A stretch of DNA of 35,260 bases from an uncultured Treponema sp. (lineage in GTDB: Bacteria > Spirochaetota > Spirochaetia > Treponematales > Treponemataceae). The stretch is taken from assembly GCA_905236465.1 (NCBI GenBank), contig CAJOQA010000329.1:1-35260 (forward strand), written 5' to 3'. This document shows positions 24,648-33,426 of the stretch, piece by piece. Within the stretch, counting starts at the first letter, position 1, and each line of letters opens with the position of its first letter. The position numbers and the translations under genes were made by a program. Below the pieces are notes generated by a model. That model had not been told where the DNA came from, searched no databases, and saw only the letters and a program-made list of their open reading frames with translations.

Positions 24648-25238
24648 ATGTATCCCATAATACTTGCGTCATCTTCTCCTAGACGTCAGGAAATATTAAA
24701 ATTGCTTAACATTCCTTTTCTTGTACATCCTGCTAATATGGAAGAAACCTACCCTTCCGACTTAGAAATAAAAAAAGTACCGGAATTTCTTGCTGAAAAA
24801 AAAGTAAAGGCTGTTATGGATTCGATACAAAAGGAACAAGAAATACCTTGGATACTTGGGGCTGATACTGTTATCATATTGAACAATAAGATTTATGGGC
24901 AACCACAAAGCCAAGAAGAGGCGGCTGAGTTTTTACATGATTTTTCTGGCTGCAAACACGAAGTTGTAACAGGCCTTGCCTTGTATAATGGAAATACAAA
25001 GGAAATTGTAAAAAGAACAAGCATTAATCAGGTTTCTTTTGCAAAACTTACAAATAAAGAAATAGAGTGGTATTTAAGCACTGGGGAATGGCATGGTGTT
25101 GCAGGAGCCTATAGAATCCAGGGGTTAGCATCATGTTTTATAAAAAAAATAAATGGAAGTGAATCTTCTGTAATGGGCTTGCCAATATTTGAGCTTTATG
25201 ATATGCTAAAAAAACAAAATTATTCTTTAATAGATTAA
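24648..25238 (+). CDS. maf: Maf-family nucleoside triphosphate pyrophosphatase (YhdE-like)
   Basis: IILASSSPRR, GADT, H.V.TG, AGAYRIQG, G..SSVMGLP. Confidence 0.92.
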   Translation: MYPIILASSSPRRQEILKLLNIPFLVHPANMEETYPSDLEIKKVPEFLAEKKVKAVMDSIQKEQEIPWILGADTVIILNNKIYGQPQSQEEAAEFLHDFSGCKHEVVTGLALYNGNTKEIVKRTSINQVSFAKLTNKEIEWYLSTGEWHGVAGAYRIQGLASCFIKKINGSESSVMGLPIFELYDMLKKQNYSLID

Positions 25239-25378
25239 AGAGTTGTTTTGTCGGATATAAAAATGTGCTGTTAGCATGAATTTTTATGTTACGAAATCTT
25301 CCGGGCCTTTTATAAGGTTACGAGAAACAAGGTTAGGTGGAAAGGTTTAGTTGAACTTTTCCGGTGAAGGAGTTAGTC

Positions 25379-26251
25379 ATGGCAGTAGTAACCATGAAGA
25401 GTCTTCTTGAGTCCGGTGTACACTTCGGACATCAGGTAAAACGTTGGGATCCACGCATGAAGAAGTATATCTTCGCAGAGCGTAATGGTATTCACATCAT
25501 TGATTTGCAGAAAACAATTACTGCAATAAAAGACAGCTACGATGAAATCCGTAAGGTTGCATCAGCTGGTAAATCAGTTCTTTTTGTTGGAACAAAAAAG
25601 CAGGCTCAGCAGGCAATAGCTAAAGAAGCTGAACGTTGTGGTCAGTTTTATGTAAATAACCGCTGGCTTGGCGGTACACTTACAAATTTCTCTACAATTA
25701 AAAAGTCTCTTCTTCGTCTTAAGAAGATTGAAAAAATGGAAGTAGATGGAACTTTCAACAATCTTACAAAGAAAGAAGTTGCAAATCTTTTAAAAGAAAA
25801 AGAAAAGCTTACAAAGAATTATGGTGGCATGAAGGATATGAAAGAACTTCCTGGTGCCGTATTCATTATTGATACTCATAAAGAGCAGATTGCTGTAGCA
25901 GAAGCCCGTCGCATGGGTATTCCGATTGTTGCAATCGTAGACACAAACTGCAATCCAGAAGGCATTGACTTCCCCATTCCTGGAAACGATGATGCAATTC
26001 GTGCAATAAGCCTCTTTACATCTATTATTGCAAACGCTGTTATTGAAGCTGATAACGAGCAGGGACTTAAGATTATTGAAAGCCTTACTGATGACGATGA
26101 TGTTACAACTGATGCTTCAACAAAGAAAGAAGACGAGGAAATCGTTGACTATTCAAACTACACTCCTACTGAAATAAAGGAAGAGGATGCTGAAGCTGAC
26201 CGCCGTGACGAAGAAAGCCTTATCGATGAAGATAAGATGTACGAAAAATAA
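25379..26251 (+). CDS. rpsB: 30S ribosomal protein S2 with acidic C-terminal tail
   Basis: [54 protein letters not shown]. Start set at ATG 25379 after AAGGAG, not at GTG 25364. Confidence 0.98.
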   Translation: MAVVTMKSLLESGVHFGHQVKRWDPRMKKYIFAERNGIHIIDLQKTITAIKDSYDEIRKVASAGKSVLFVGTKKQAQQAIAKEAERCGQFYVNNRWLGGTLTNFSTIKKSLLRLKKIEKMEVDGTFNNLTKKEVANLLKEKEKLTKNYGGMKDMKELPGAVFIIDTHKEQIAVAEARRMGIPIVAIVDTNCNPEGIDFPIPGNDDAIRAISLFTSIIANAVIEADNEQGLKIIESLTDDDDVTTDASTKKEDEEIVDYSNYTPTEIKEEDAEADRRDEESLIDEDKMYEK

Positions 26252-26266
26252 TTTTGGAGTTAAGTA

Positions 26267-27100
26267 ATGGCTATTTCTAGTGCTCAGATTAAGCAGTTGC
26301 GCGAACAAACTGGCGCAGGTATGATGGATTGTAAAAAGGCTCTTGTAGAGACAAATGGTGATTTTGATGCTGCTGCAAAGTACTTAAAGGAAAAAGGACT
26401 TGCTGCTGTAGCAAAGAGATCAGAGCGTGTAACAAGCGAAGGACGTATCTTTATCCGCCAGAAGGATAATAAGATTGTAATAGCTGAGCTTGTATGCGAG
26501 ACAGACTTTGTTGCAAACAATGCAGACTTTGTTGCTTCTGGTGAAAAGATTGTTGAAGAAATTTTTGCTAAGGGCTATACAAAAGTTGAAAAAGAGCTTT
26601 CAGATATTCTTCTTGACTTTGCAACAAGGACCCGTGAGAATATGTCTTTGAGCAAGGTTCAGGTTCTTGAAGTTCCAGAAAACGCAAGTGCAGGTATCTA
26701 TGTTCACTCTGATAACAAGCAGGCAGCAGTTGTTATTGTAAAGGGTTCAACTGATGATAAGGTAAAGCAGTTTGCAAAAGACTGCTGTATGCATATTGTT
26801 GCATTTACACCTGCTTATATCCGTCAGTCAGATGTTCCTCAGTCTTATATTGATGAGCAGAGGGATATATTTAAATCACAGATGGACCAGGATGAAAAAA
26901 TGGCATCTAAGCCAGAGAACGTAAAGGAAGGAATTCTTCAGGGAAAAATAAAGAAGAATCTTGCCGAAGTATGTTTCATGGATCAGATGTTTGTAAAAGA
27001 TGACAAGAAATCTGTTTCTGCAAAGCTTGCTGAAATCGGAAAAGAAGTTTCTGCAACACTTGAATTTGGAGAGATTGTACCTCTCACTTTAGGAAAGTAA
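26267..27100 (+). CDS. tsf: Elongation factor Ts
   Basis: LREQTGAGMMDCKKAL, ELVCETDFVA, KPENV..GI..GK. Confidence 0.98.
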   Translation: MAISSAQIKQLREQTGAGMMDCKKALVETNGDFDAAAKYLKEKGLAAVAKRSERVTSEGRIFIRQKDNKIVIAELVCETDFVANNADFVASGEKIVEEIFAKGYTKVEKELSDILLDFATRTRENMSLSKVQVLEVPENASAGIYVHSDNKQAAVVIVKGSTDDKVKQFAKDCCMHIVAFTPAYIRQSDVPQSYIDEQRDIFKSQMDQDEKMASKPENVKEGILQGKIKKNLAEVCFMDQMFVKDDKKSVSAKLAEIGKEVSATLEFGEIVPLTLGK

Positions 27101-27110
27101 AAAAAACAAT

Positions 27111-27146
27111 AGGAGTTGACAGGTATTGCTGCCAACTCCTTATTTT
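27111..27146 (+). terminator. Terminator or attenuator hairpin between tsf and frr
   Basis: AGGAGTTG-a-CAG-gtattg-CTG-c-CAACTCCT followed by TATTTT. Confidence 0.65.
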
Positions 27147-27166
27147 ATAGCAACCGGAGGAAAATT

Positions 27167-27709
27167 ATGGCTGGTGACATCGAAGCACGCATGGAAAAAA
27201 CTGTAAACTCTCTAAAAGAAGAATATAAGACTATCCGTACAGGAAGAGCAAACGCTTCTATTTTTGACAAGGTTCGTGTCGACTACTACGGTACCCCTAC
27301 TCCTTTAAATCAGGTAGGAACAATTTCTATTCCGGAAGCCCGTATGGTTGTTGTTTCTCCTTTTGATAAGTCCCTTATTTCTGCTATAGAAAAAGCTATT
27401 CAAACTGCGGATTTGGGATTGAACCCAAGTAATGATGGTAAGGTTATCCGTATTTCAATTCCACCATTGACATCTGATCGTCGCAAGGAACTTGTAAAGC
27501 AGGCTAAAGGGGTTGCAGAGAATTATCGTACAACAATCAGGAATATTAGACGTGATGGAAATGAAGATTTAAAAAAGCAGCAAAAGGCTGGTGAGCTTAC
27601 AGAGGATCAGCTAAAGACAGAAACTGATAAGTTGCAAAAGCTCACGGATAAGTATGTGGACGAAATTAATAAAGTCTACGAAACAAAAGAAAAGGAAATA
27701 ATGGAATAA
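27167..27709 (+). CDS. frr: Ribosome recycling factor
   Basis: IRTGRA, VDYYGTPTPLNQV, LGLNPSNDG, PPLTSDRRKEL, IRNIRRD, KEKEIME. Start set at ATG 27167 after GGAGG. Confidence 0.98.
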   Translation: MAGDIEARMEKTVNSLKEEYKTIRTGRANASIFDKVRVDYYGTPTPLNQVGTISIPEARMVVVSPFDKSLISAIEKAIQTADLGLNPSNDGKVIRISIPPLTSDRRKELVKQAKGVAENYRTTIRNIRRDGNEDLKKQQKAGELTEDQLKTETDKLQKLTDKYVDEINKVYETKEKEIME

Positions 27710-27712
27710 AAA

Positions 27713-28438
27713 GTGAGTCAAGAGTCACTTTCACTAATAAATAAGGATTCTCTTCCCATCCATATTGGTATTATTATGGATGGGAATGGTCGTTGGGCAA
27801 AACAAAAGGGTCTCATTCGCACTAAGGGCCATGAAGAAGGCTTAAAAAAAGCTAAATTAATTGCTAAAGTTGCTTCTAATATTGGTATAAAATATCTAAC
27901 CTTGTATGTTTTTTCTACTGAGAATTGGAAAAGAACCCAACAAGAAGTTGGATTCTTAATGAACCTTATTCATTCACATCTTAAACAAGAACTAAAATTT
28001 TATTCAGATAATAAAATAAGGGTAAAGCTTTTGGGAAATATGGAAGGTTTACCTAAAAATATCCAAGAGGATATTCTTGAAACAGAAGAAGAAACTAAAG
28101 ATTTTGATGGCTTAACTATTTGTCTTGCTATAAATTATGGTGGAAGAGACGAGTTGGTTCGTAGTGTTAAAAAAATCATAAATAAGCAAGTTCCCGCAGA
28201 ATCAGTAGATGAAAAAGTGATTTCTGACAATTTTGATATACCAGATTTACCTGATGTAGATTTGTTGATAAGAACTGGTGGTGAATTAAGGCTTAGCAAC
28301 TTTCTAATTTGGCATGCTTCTTATGCTGAACTTATTTTTACAAAAACATTATGGCCTGATTATAATGAAGACGAATTCTATGACAATATATTAGAATTTC
28401 AAAAAAGAACTAGACGTTTCGGAGCGGTAATTCAATGA
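27713..28438 (+). CDS. uppS: Undecaprenyl diphosphate synthase (cis-prenyltransferase)
   Basis: HIGIIMDGNGRWA, FSTENWKR, NYGGRDE, IRTGGELRLSNFL, RRFG; GTG start. Confidence 0.96.
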   Translation: MSQESLSLINKDSLPIHIGIIMDGNGRWAKQKGLIRTKGHEEGLKKAKLIAKVASNIGIKYLTLYVFSTENWKRTQQEVGFLMNLIHSHLKQELKFYSDNKIRVKLLGNMEGLPKNIQEDILETEEETKDFDGLTICLAINYGGRDELVRSVKKIINKQVPAESVDEKVISDNFDIPDLPDVDLLIRTGGELRLSNFLIWHASYAELIFTKTLWPDYNEDEFYDNILEFQKRTRRFGAVIQ

Positions 28439-29331
28439 CAGCAAAAACACTTTTTTCGCGTTTGTTCATTTTTTTTGTAGGACTTCCCATTGTTTTGACA
28501 ATAGTTTTCTTAAACTATCATACACATTTACCACTTCATCTTCTTATCATTTTGTTTTGTTTTTGGGGATCAAGAGAAGCCTTTGCAATGTTTTCCAAAA
28601 AAACAAGTCTTTTACCCAAGTCTTTTATTGTTTTTTCTTCCATACTAATACCTATTTCTGCTGCTCTATATAAGGTTTTACCCTCTTTTATAAATATTAC
28701 CTTCCCCTTTGGAACTGAAATTATTACTTATGTTTTTATTTTTACAGTTTTAATTGCACTTTTTATAGAAGTTGTTAGTGCGCAAACTTTTGAAAATTCA
28801 ATTGCAAGGGTAACATCTTCAGTTTTTATAATACTTTATGCTGGCTATATGCTTACTTTTGTTTCCAGAATGACGGATTTTTCAAAGAATGGTCTTGATG
28901 CCTCTACTCCATTAATAGCAGTTTTTTTGATGATGGTATTTTTTTGCGATTCCTTTGCCTGGTTTTTTGGAGTTCTCTTTGGGAAAAATAACAAAGGTTT
29001 TATAAAATCAAGCCCAAATAAAAGTTTAGCGGGTTTTTCTGGAGGCTTTGTAGGCTCAATCTTTGCAGGTCTTCTTGCTTTGTATATTTGGCCTGATATT
29101 TTTGTTGGTTCTCCTGTAAAAATTATTGTGATTGGCATTTTAATGGCTTTTTCTTCTATCGTTGGCGATTTAATAGAGTCTGTTTTTAAACGGTCTGCTG
29201 ATGTAAAAGATTCTGGAAAAGTTATTCCTGGACGTGGTGGTGCATTGGATTCAGTAGATTCAATTATAATGTCAGTTCCAATTTTTTATATTTTAATATC
29301 CATTTTCTACGGACCTTTTGGAGCTTTATAG
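28435..29331 (+). CDS. cdsA: Phosphatidate cytidylyltransferase
   Basis: Multi-pass membrane protein; DSFAWFFG..FGK, SPNKS, GDLIESVFKR..DVKDSG.VIPG.GG.LD..D; follows uppS. Confidence 0.93.
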   Translation: MTAKTLFSRLFIFFVGLPIVLTIVFLNYHTHLPLHLLIILFCFWGSREAFAMFSKKTSLLPKSFIVFSSILIPISAALYKVLPSFINITFPFGTEIITYVFIFTVLIALFIEVVSAQTFENSIARVTSSVFIILYAGYMLTFVSRMTDFSKNGLDASTPLIAVFLMMVFFCDSFAWFFGVLFGKNNKGFIKSSPNKSLAGFSGGFVGSIFAGLLALYIWPDIFVGSPVKIIVIGILMAFSSIVGDLIESVFKRSADVKDSGKVIPGRGGALDSVDSIIMSVPIFYILISIFYGPFGAL

Positions 29332-29340
29332 GATAGATGA

Positions 29341-30447
29341 ATGAAAAAAAAGATTGTAGTACTAGGATGTACGGGTTCTATTGGTAGCCAAACCTTGGAT
29401 ATAGCAAGGAACTTTCCTGATTTATTTGAGGTTGTTGGACTGTGCGCAAATAAAAATACTGATAAATTTCAGAATCTATGCAAAGAATTTAAGTGTAAAT
29501 CTTCTTTATTTTCAAAAGATGGCATCTTTGGTCTAAAAAAACTTATTGAAGACTCTGCTGCTGATATAGTTGTAAATGGAATAGCTGGTGCTGCAGGTCT
29601 AGAACCTTCCGTCTTTGTATTGGAGAACGGAATTGACCTGGCCCTTGCAAACAAAGAGACAGTTGTCATGGCTTGGTCTTTGGTAAAAGATATCAGTTCA
29701 AAAAAATCAGCAAAAATTTTACCCGTTGACTCTGAACATAGTGCAATATTTAACCTTACTCAATCAGTTGGAATTGATAAGATCAGTGAAATAATTATAA
29801 CAGCTAGTGGCGGTCCATTTAGAAACTATACAAAAGCAGAACTTGCTAATGTTACGTTGGAGCAAGCACTAAACCATCCAACTTGGAATATGGGTCCAAA
29901 AATTACAGTTGACAGCGCCACCCTTGCAAACAAAGGGTTAGAAGTTATAGAAGCTGCCAGGCTTTTTGACATGCAAACAGACCGTATAAAAGTTGTAGTT
30001 CATCCCCAAAGCCTTATACATTCCCTGGTAAGAACTAATGATGGTATGCTTTATGCTCAAATTAGTGATCCTGATATGAGGCATCCTATTTTGGGTGCCT
30101 TAACCTGGCCAGAAAATATCCACAACTACCTTACCCCATTTGACTTAGCAGGACATGAAATGACTTTCTTTGCACCTCGGTTAGATGATTTTCCCCTTTT
30201 GCGCCTTGCATATGAATGTGCTAAAAAAGGAAATTCTTACACCATAGCCTTTAATGCGGCAAATGAAATTGCGGTTGCTGCTTTTATAAGTAAAGAATGC
30301 ACTTTTCTTGATATAAACAAAATAGTTGCCGCAACTTTGGAATGTGATTGGTCTCAAGCTGCAGGGGATTTGACTTCTATTCTAGACGCGGATACTAAGG
30401 CTAGAAAAAAAGCAAGTGAAATTCTTACAAAAATAAAGGAATCTTAA
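29341..30447 (+). CDS. dxr: 1-deoxy-D-xylulose 5-phosphate reductoisomerase
   Basis: LGCTGSIG, LANKE, PVDSEH, TASGGPF, HPTWNMG.KITVDSA, NKGLEVIEA, NAANE. Confidence 0.97.
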   Translation: MKKKIVVLGCTGSIGSQTLDIARNFPDLFEVVGLCANKNTDKFQNLCKEFKCKSSLFSKDGIFGLKKLIEDSAADIVVNGIAGAAGLEPSVFVLENGIDLALANKETVVMAWSLVKDISSKKSAKILPVDSEHSAIFNLTQSVGIDKISEIIITASGGPFRNYTKAELANVTLEQALNHPTWNMGPKITVDSATLANKGLEVIEAARLFDMQTDRIKVVVHPQSLIHSLVRTNDGMLYAQISDPDMRHPILGALTWPENIHNYLTPFDLAGHEMTFFAPRLDDFPLLRLAYECAKKGNSYTIAFNAANEIAVAAFISKECTFLDINKIVAATLECDWSQAAGDLTSILDADTKARKKASEILTKIKES

Positions 30448-31566
30448 ATGACTATAGTATTAGGGCTTGTCGGATTAGGTTTTCTTGTCGTTTTCCATGA
30501 ATTCGGGCATTTTATTGTAGCTAAGTTGTACGGTGTAAACGTTGAAACCTTTTCACTTGGAATGGGGCCTGTTTTACTCCATCACAAATGTGGCGATGTT
30601 GATTTTCGTCTTTCATTGATCCCTTTTGGTGGCTACTGTGGTATGAAAGGAGAAAAGGATTACCAAAAAGCCCTGGAAGAAAATCTGTCTGAAATTCAGG
30701 GGGAAAAAGATTCTTTTTATGGAACACATCCCTTAAAAAGATTGCTGATAGCTTTTGCAGGTCCATTTTTTAACCTTTTATTTGCATTTATCGCCTTTTT
30801 TATCGTTGCCCTTGTTGGATATAGTTATTATGACGCAGATACACAAGTCCGCATGGCTGATACGGTTTATGAAGGAACTGAATCTATAGCACATAAAAGT
30901 GGAATGCAGGATGGTGATATTATAGTTAGCATAAATGGCAAAAACATGGATTATTTTACGGATATTGCCCAATATATTGCTATGCATGGAGACGAAGATT
31001 TAACTGTTCGCATTAATAGGGATAATAATTTTTTTGATTTAATAATACATTCAGATTTAGATAAGGAAACAGGTTCTGGAAAAATAGGAGTGGTCTCATC
31101 AAATTTCGACAAGGAAAGATTCTATGGCCCCTTTCCAGTAGGAAAAGCTGTTTGTGAGGGGGCTTTTCAAACAGCTTTTATGCTAAAAAGCGTTGTAGAA
31201 AGCGTTGCCATACTTTTTAAAGGAATTAATATATCAAGTGCGGTTTGTGGACCTGTAAGAATAACAACTTTGATCGGTGATACAGTTTCAGAAGGTTTTA
31301 AAGAAGGACTTCATTCTGGTCTTGTAAGCAGCTTAAAGCTTTTATCCCTCATAAGTATCTCCTTGTTTTTTACAAATTTGCTTCCAATACCAATTTTAGA
31401 TGGTGGAATAATTGTATTCGCTTTCTTTGAATTTATCGCACGGAAAAAAATTCACCCAAAAGTTTTATATTATATTCAGATTGCAGGACTTTTTATTATA
31501 GGTCTGATTGTAATTTTAGCAGTTAGCAGTGATATACGATATTTTATCAGTAGAGGCAATTTATGA
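30448..31566 (+). CDS. rseP: RseP-like site-2 zinc metalloprotease (M50) with PDZ domain
   Basis: HEFGH, P.GGYC.M.GE, AGPFFN, PDZ (GMQDGDIIVSING) and NLLPIPILDGG. Confidence 0.93.
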   Translation: MTIVLGLVGLGFLVVFHEFGHFIVAKLYGVNVETFSLGMGPVLLHHKCGDVDFRLSLIPFGGYCGMKGEKDYQKALEENLSEIQGEKDSFYGTHPLKRLLIAFAGPFFNLLFAFIAFFIVALVGYSYYDADTQVRMADTVYEGTESIAHKSGMQDGDIIVSINGKNMDYFTDIAQYIAMHGDEDLTVRINRDNNFFDLIIHSDLDKETGSGKIGVVSSNFDKERFYGPFPVGKAVCEGAFQTAFMLKSVVESVAILFKGINISSAVCGPVRITTLIGDTVSEGFKEGLHSGLVSSLKLLSLISISLFFTNLLPIPILDGGIIVFAFFEFIARKKIHPKVLYYIQIAGLFIIGLIVILAVSSDIRYFISRGNL

Positions 31567-33419
31567 GCTTGTCTAAAAAAGTATACACTTTTATCTTTTC
31601 TTTCTTCTTTCCTCTTGTTATTTTTGCAAATACTTTTTCTATAAATTGCTTAGAGCTTAGTGAAAAGTCTTTTTTTACGGCTAGTGATGGTGGTTTCATA
31701 ACTGAATGGGGCTCAGATGGCATTGGAAAGCACTATCAAGTTTCACGGCATAAAATAAAAGACATAAAAAAAAATCCTTGCTCTATGGATTTAGCAATAT
31801 ATGAAAGTGATTCTTTTTCCATGAACAAAGTTTTTGTTCTTGATTGGAATAGCTTAGCAAAAAAGTTTGTGCTTTCTTTTGAGGAAAAAGTTACCCTCCT
31901 TTCTTATTCGCAAAGGGGCTCCCTTCTTTTTGTGGGAACTGAAAAATCAACATATATTTTTCATGCTTCTACTGGGACATTAATAAATGAAATAAAAGAC
32001 TTTCCCTACTCTATATCATTAGTAAAAACGGGTCTTTCTGAAAAAAATGCAGTTTTTTATTCTGCAACTGGAAGTTTGATCTACTATGATTTAAAAAAAC
32101 TTAAAGTATTAAAAGCTATAAACACAGAGGCTAATCTTAAGAATGTTTTATTCTTTGATAAATTTCTTACAGGGATAAAAAATCAGCAGTTGTATCTTAT
32201 AGATACAAAAACAGGTTTAACTGAATATAAAGAAAAGGTCTCCCCACTTTTACTTTTTACATCAGCTAGCGATGAAAATCTTTTTTTTCTGAGCAAAAGT
32301 AACAAGAATACGTACAAAATCAGTAAAATAGAATATAGTCATTCTAAAATAAGCGTATCATTATTTTCTGATTTTTCAAGCGATGGTGAAATCTTCCTGC
32401 CTGCTTTTGTAGGTCAAATGGGAAATAGGATGTATGTCAGCTCTTTGCAAGGTGACATATATACGGTAGAAAATAATGTATTGCAAAGTTTTTCAAAGAC
32501 ACTTTTTGCACCAATTTTGGATTTTGCTTGCTACAATCAAAAACTATTTTTACTTACGGAAAAAAATATTATCAATGCATCTTATTCAAAAAAAACAGTA
32601 ACTCCTATTGAGAATAATCCTGATCAAAAAAACATAGCTATCTATGACAAGTCAATAATTCTTTGGACAAAAGATTCTAAAAAGCCTATCCAACTACTAA
32701 AAGAACCTGAATATAAAAATGAAACACTTTTTACCCCAAAGAACGTTATAAGTAAACTTAATGTTTGCTTAAATAATATTGTTTTTGTTGTTGATAAAAG
32801 TGAAGTCTATATAATTGATTTAGAAAGTAAAAAAACAAAACTTTTGTATACTGGAACTTCTGTTGAAGATGCCATCCTTATAGGTAAAGACTCTGTATAT
32901 ATTGCAAAGGCTGAAAATAATGCAACAGATTCAGCTATTATAAAACTTAACATGAAGACAGGGGAAATAGTACCTGTAAAAACTCTTAACGGCTTTATGG
33001 CATATTCTCTTACCTACGACTCCCCTAATTTTCAGTCAGATTTATATGGTTTACTCTTAGAAAAAGATGAGCCTTCTAGCAAAATAAAGACAAAACTTTT
33101 TTTGTATAACTCAAATAAAGAAAACCTTTCTAAATCAATTTTTACCTTGAATGAAGAAGATATGGAATCATGTGCTTTTTTTAGCTATCCGTGCCTTTAT
33201 ACAAATCTTGGGGGAAACAACTTATACTCGTATAATATTCAAAATAAAAAAAGTTCTGTTTACAGAAGAAGCTTGAGCCTTTCAAAGAAAATACAAGGTT
33301 TAAATGACTATATTGTAAGTCTTGGAATGGACGGAAGCCTTACCTGGTACAAAGAAGGAACCCCAATTCCCTTGTCTAGCTGGTATCTTACCATACAGGG
33401 GAATTGGTATGAGTTTTAA
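31563..33419 (+). CDS. Exported beta-rich (WD40/beta-propeller-like) protein of unknown function
   Basis: Signal-like N-terminus ending IFA|N; WD-like units FFTASDGGFITEW, VFVLDW, GSLIYYDL, VSLGMDGSLTWY; ATGA overlap with rseP. Confidence 0.65.
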   Translation: MSLSKKVYTFIFSFFFPLVIFANTFSINCLELSEKSFFTASDGGFITEWGSDGIGKHYQVSRHKIKDIKKNPCSMDLAIYESDSFSMNKVFVLDWNSLAKKFVLSFEEKVTLLSYSQRGSLLFVGTEKSTYIFHASTGTLINEIKDFPYSISLVKTGLSEKNAVFYSATGSLIYYDLKKLKVLKAINTEANLKNVLFFDKFLTGIKNQQLYLIDTKTGLTEYKEKVSPLLLFTSASDENLFFLSKSNKNTYKISKIEYSHSKISVSLFSDFSSDGEIFLPAFVGQMGNRMYVSSLQGDIYTVENNVLQSFSKTLFAPILDFACYNQKLFLLTEKNIINASYSKKTVTPIENNPDQKNIAIYDKSIILWTKDSKKPIQLLKEPEYKNETLFTPKNVISKLNVCLNNIVFVVDKSEVYIIDLESKKTKLLYTGTSVEDAILIGKDSVYIAKAENNATDSAIIKLNMKTGEIVPVKTLNGFMAYSLTYDSPNFQSDLYGLLLEKDEPSSKIKTKLFLYNSNKENLSKSIFTLNEEDMESCAFFSYPCLYTNLGGNNLYSYNIQNKKSSVYRRSLSLSKKIQGLNDYIVSLGMDGSLTWYKEGTPIPLSSWYLTIQGNWYEF

Positions 33420-33426
33420 GATTCTA

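Noticed and set aside
26089-26251. Acidic C-terminal tail of S2
   Set aside because: Variable acidic tails are common in S2 proteins.
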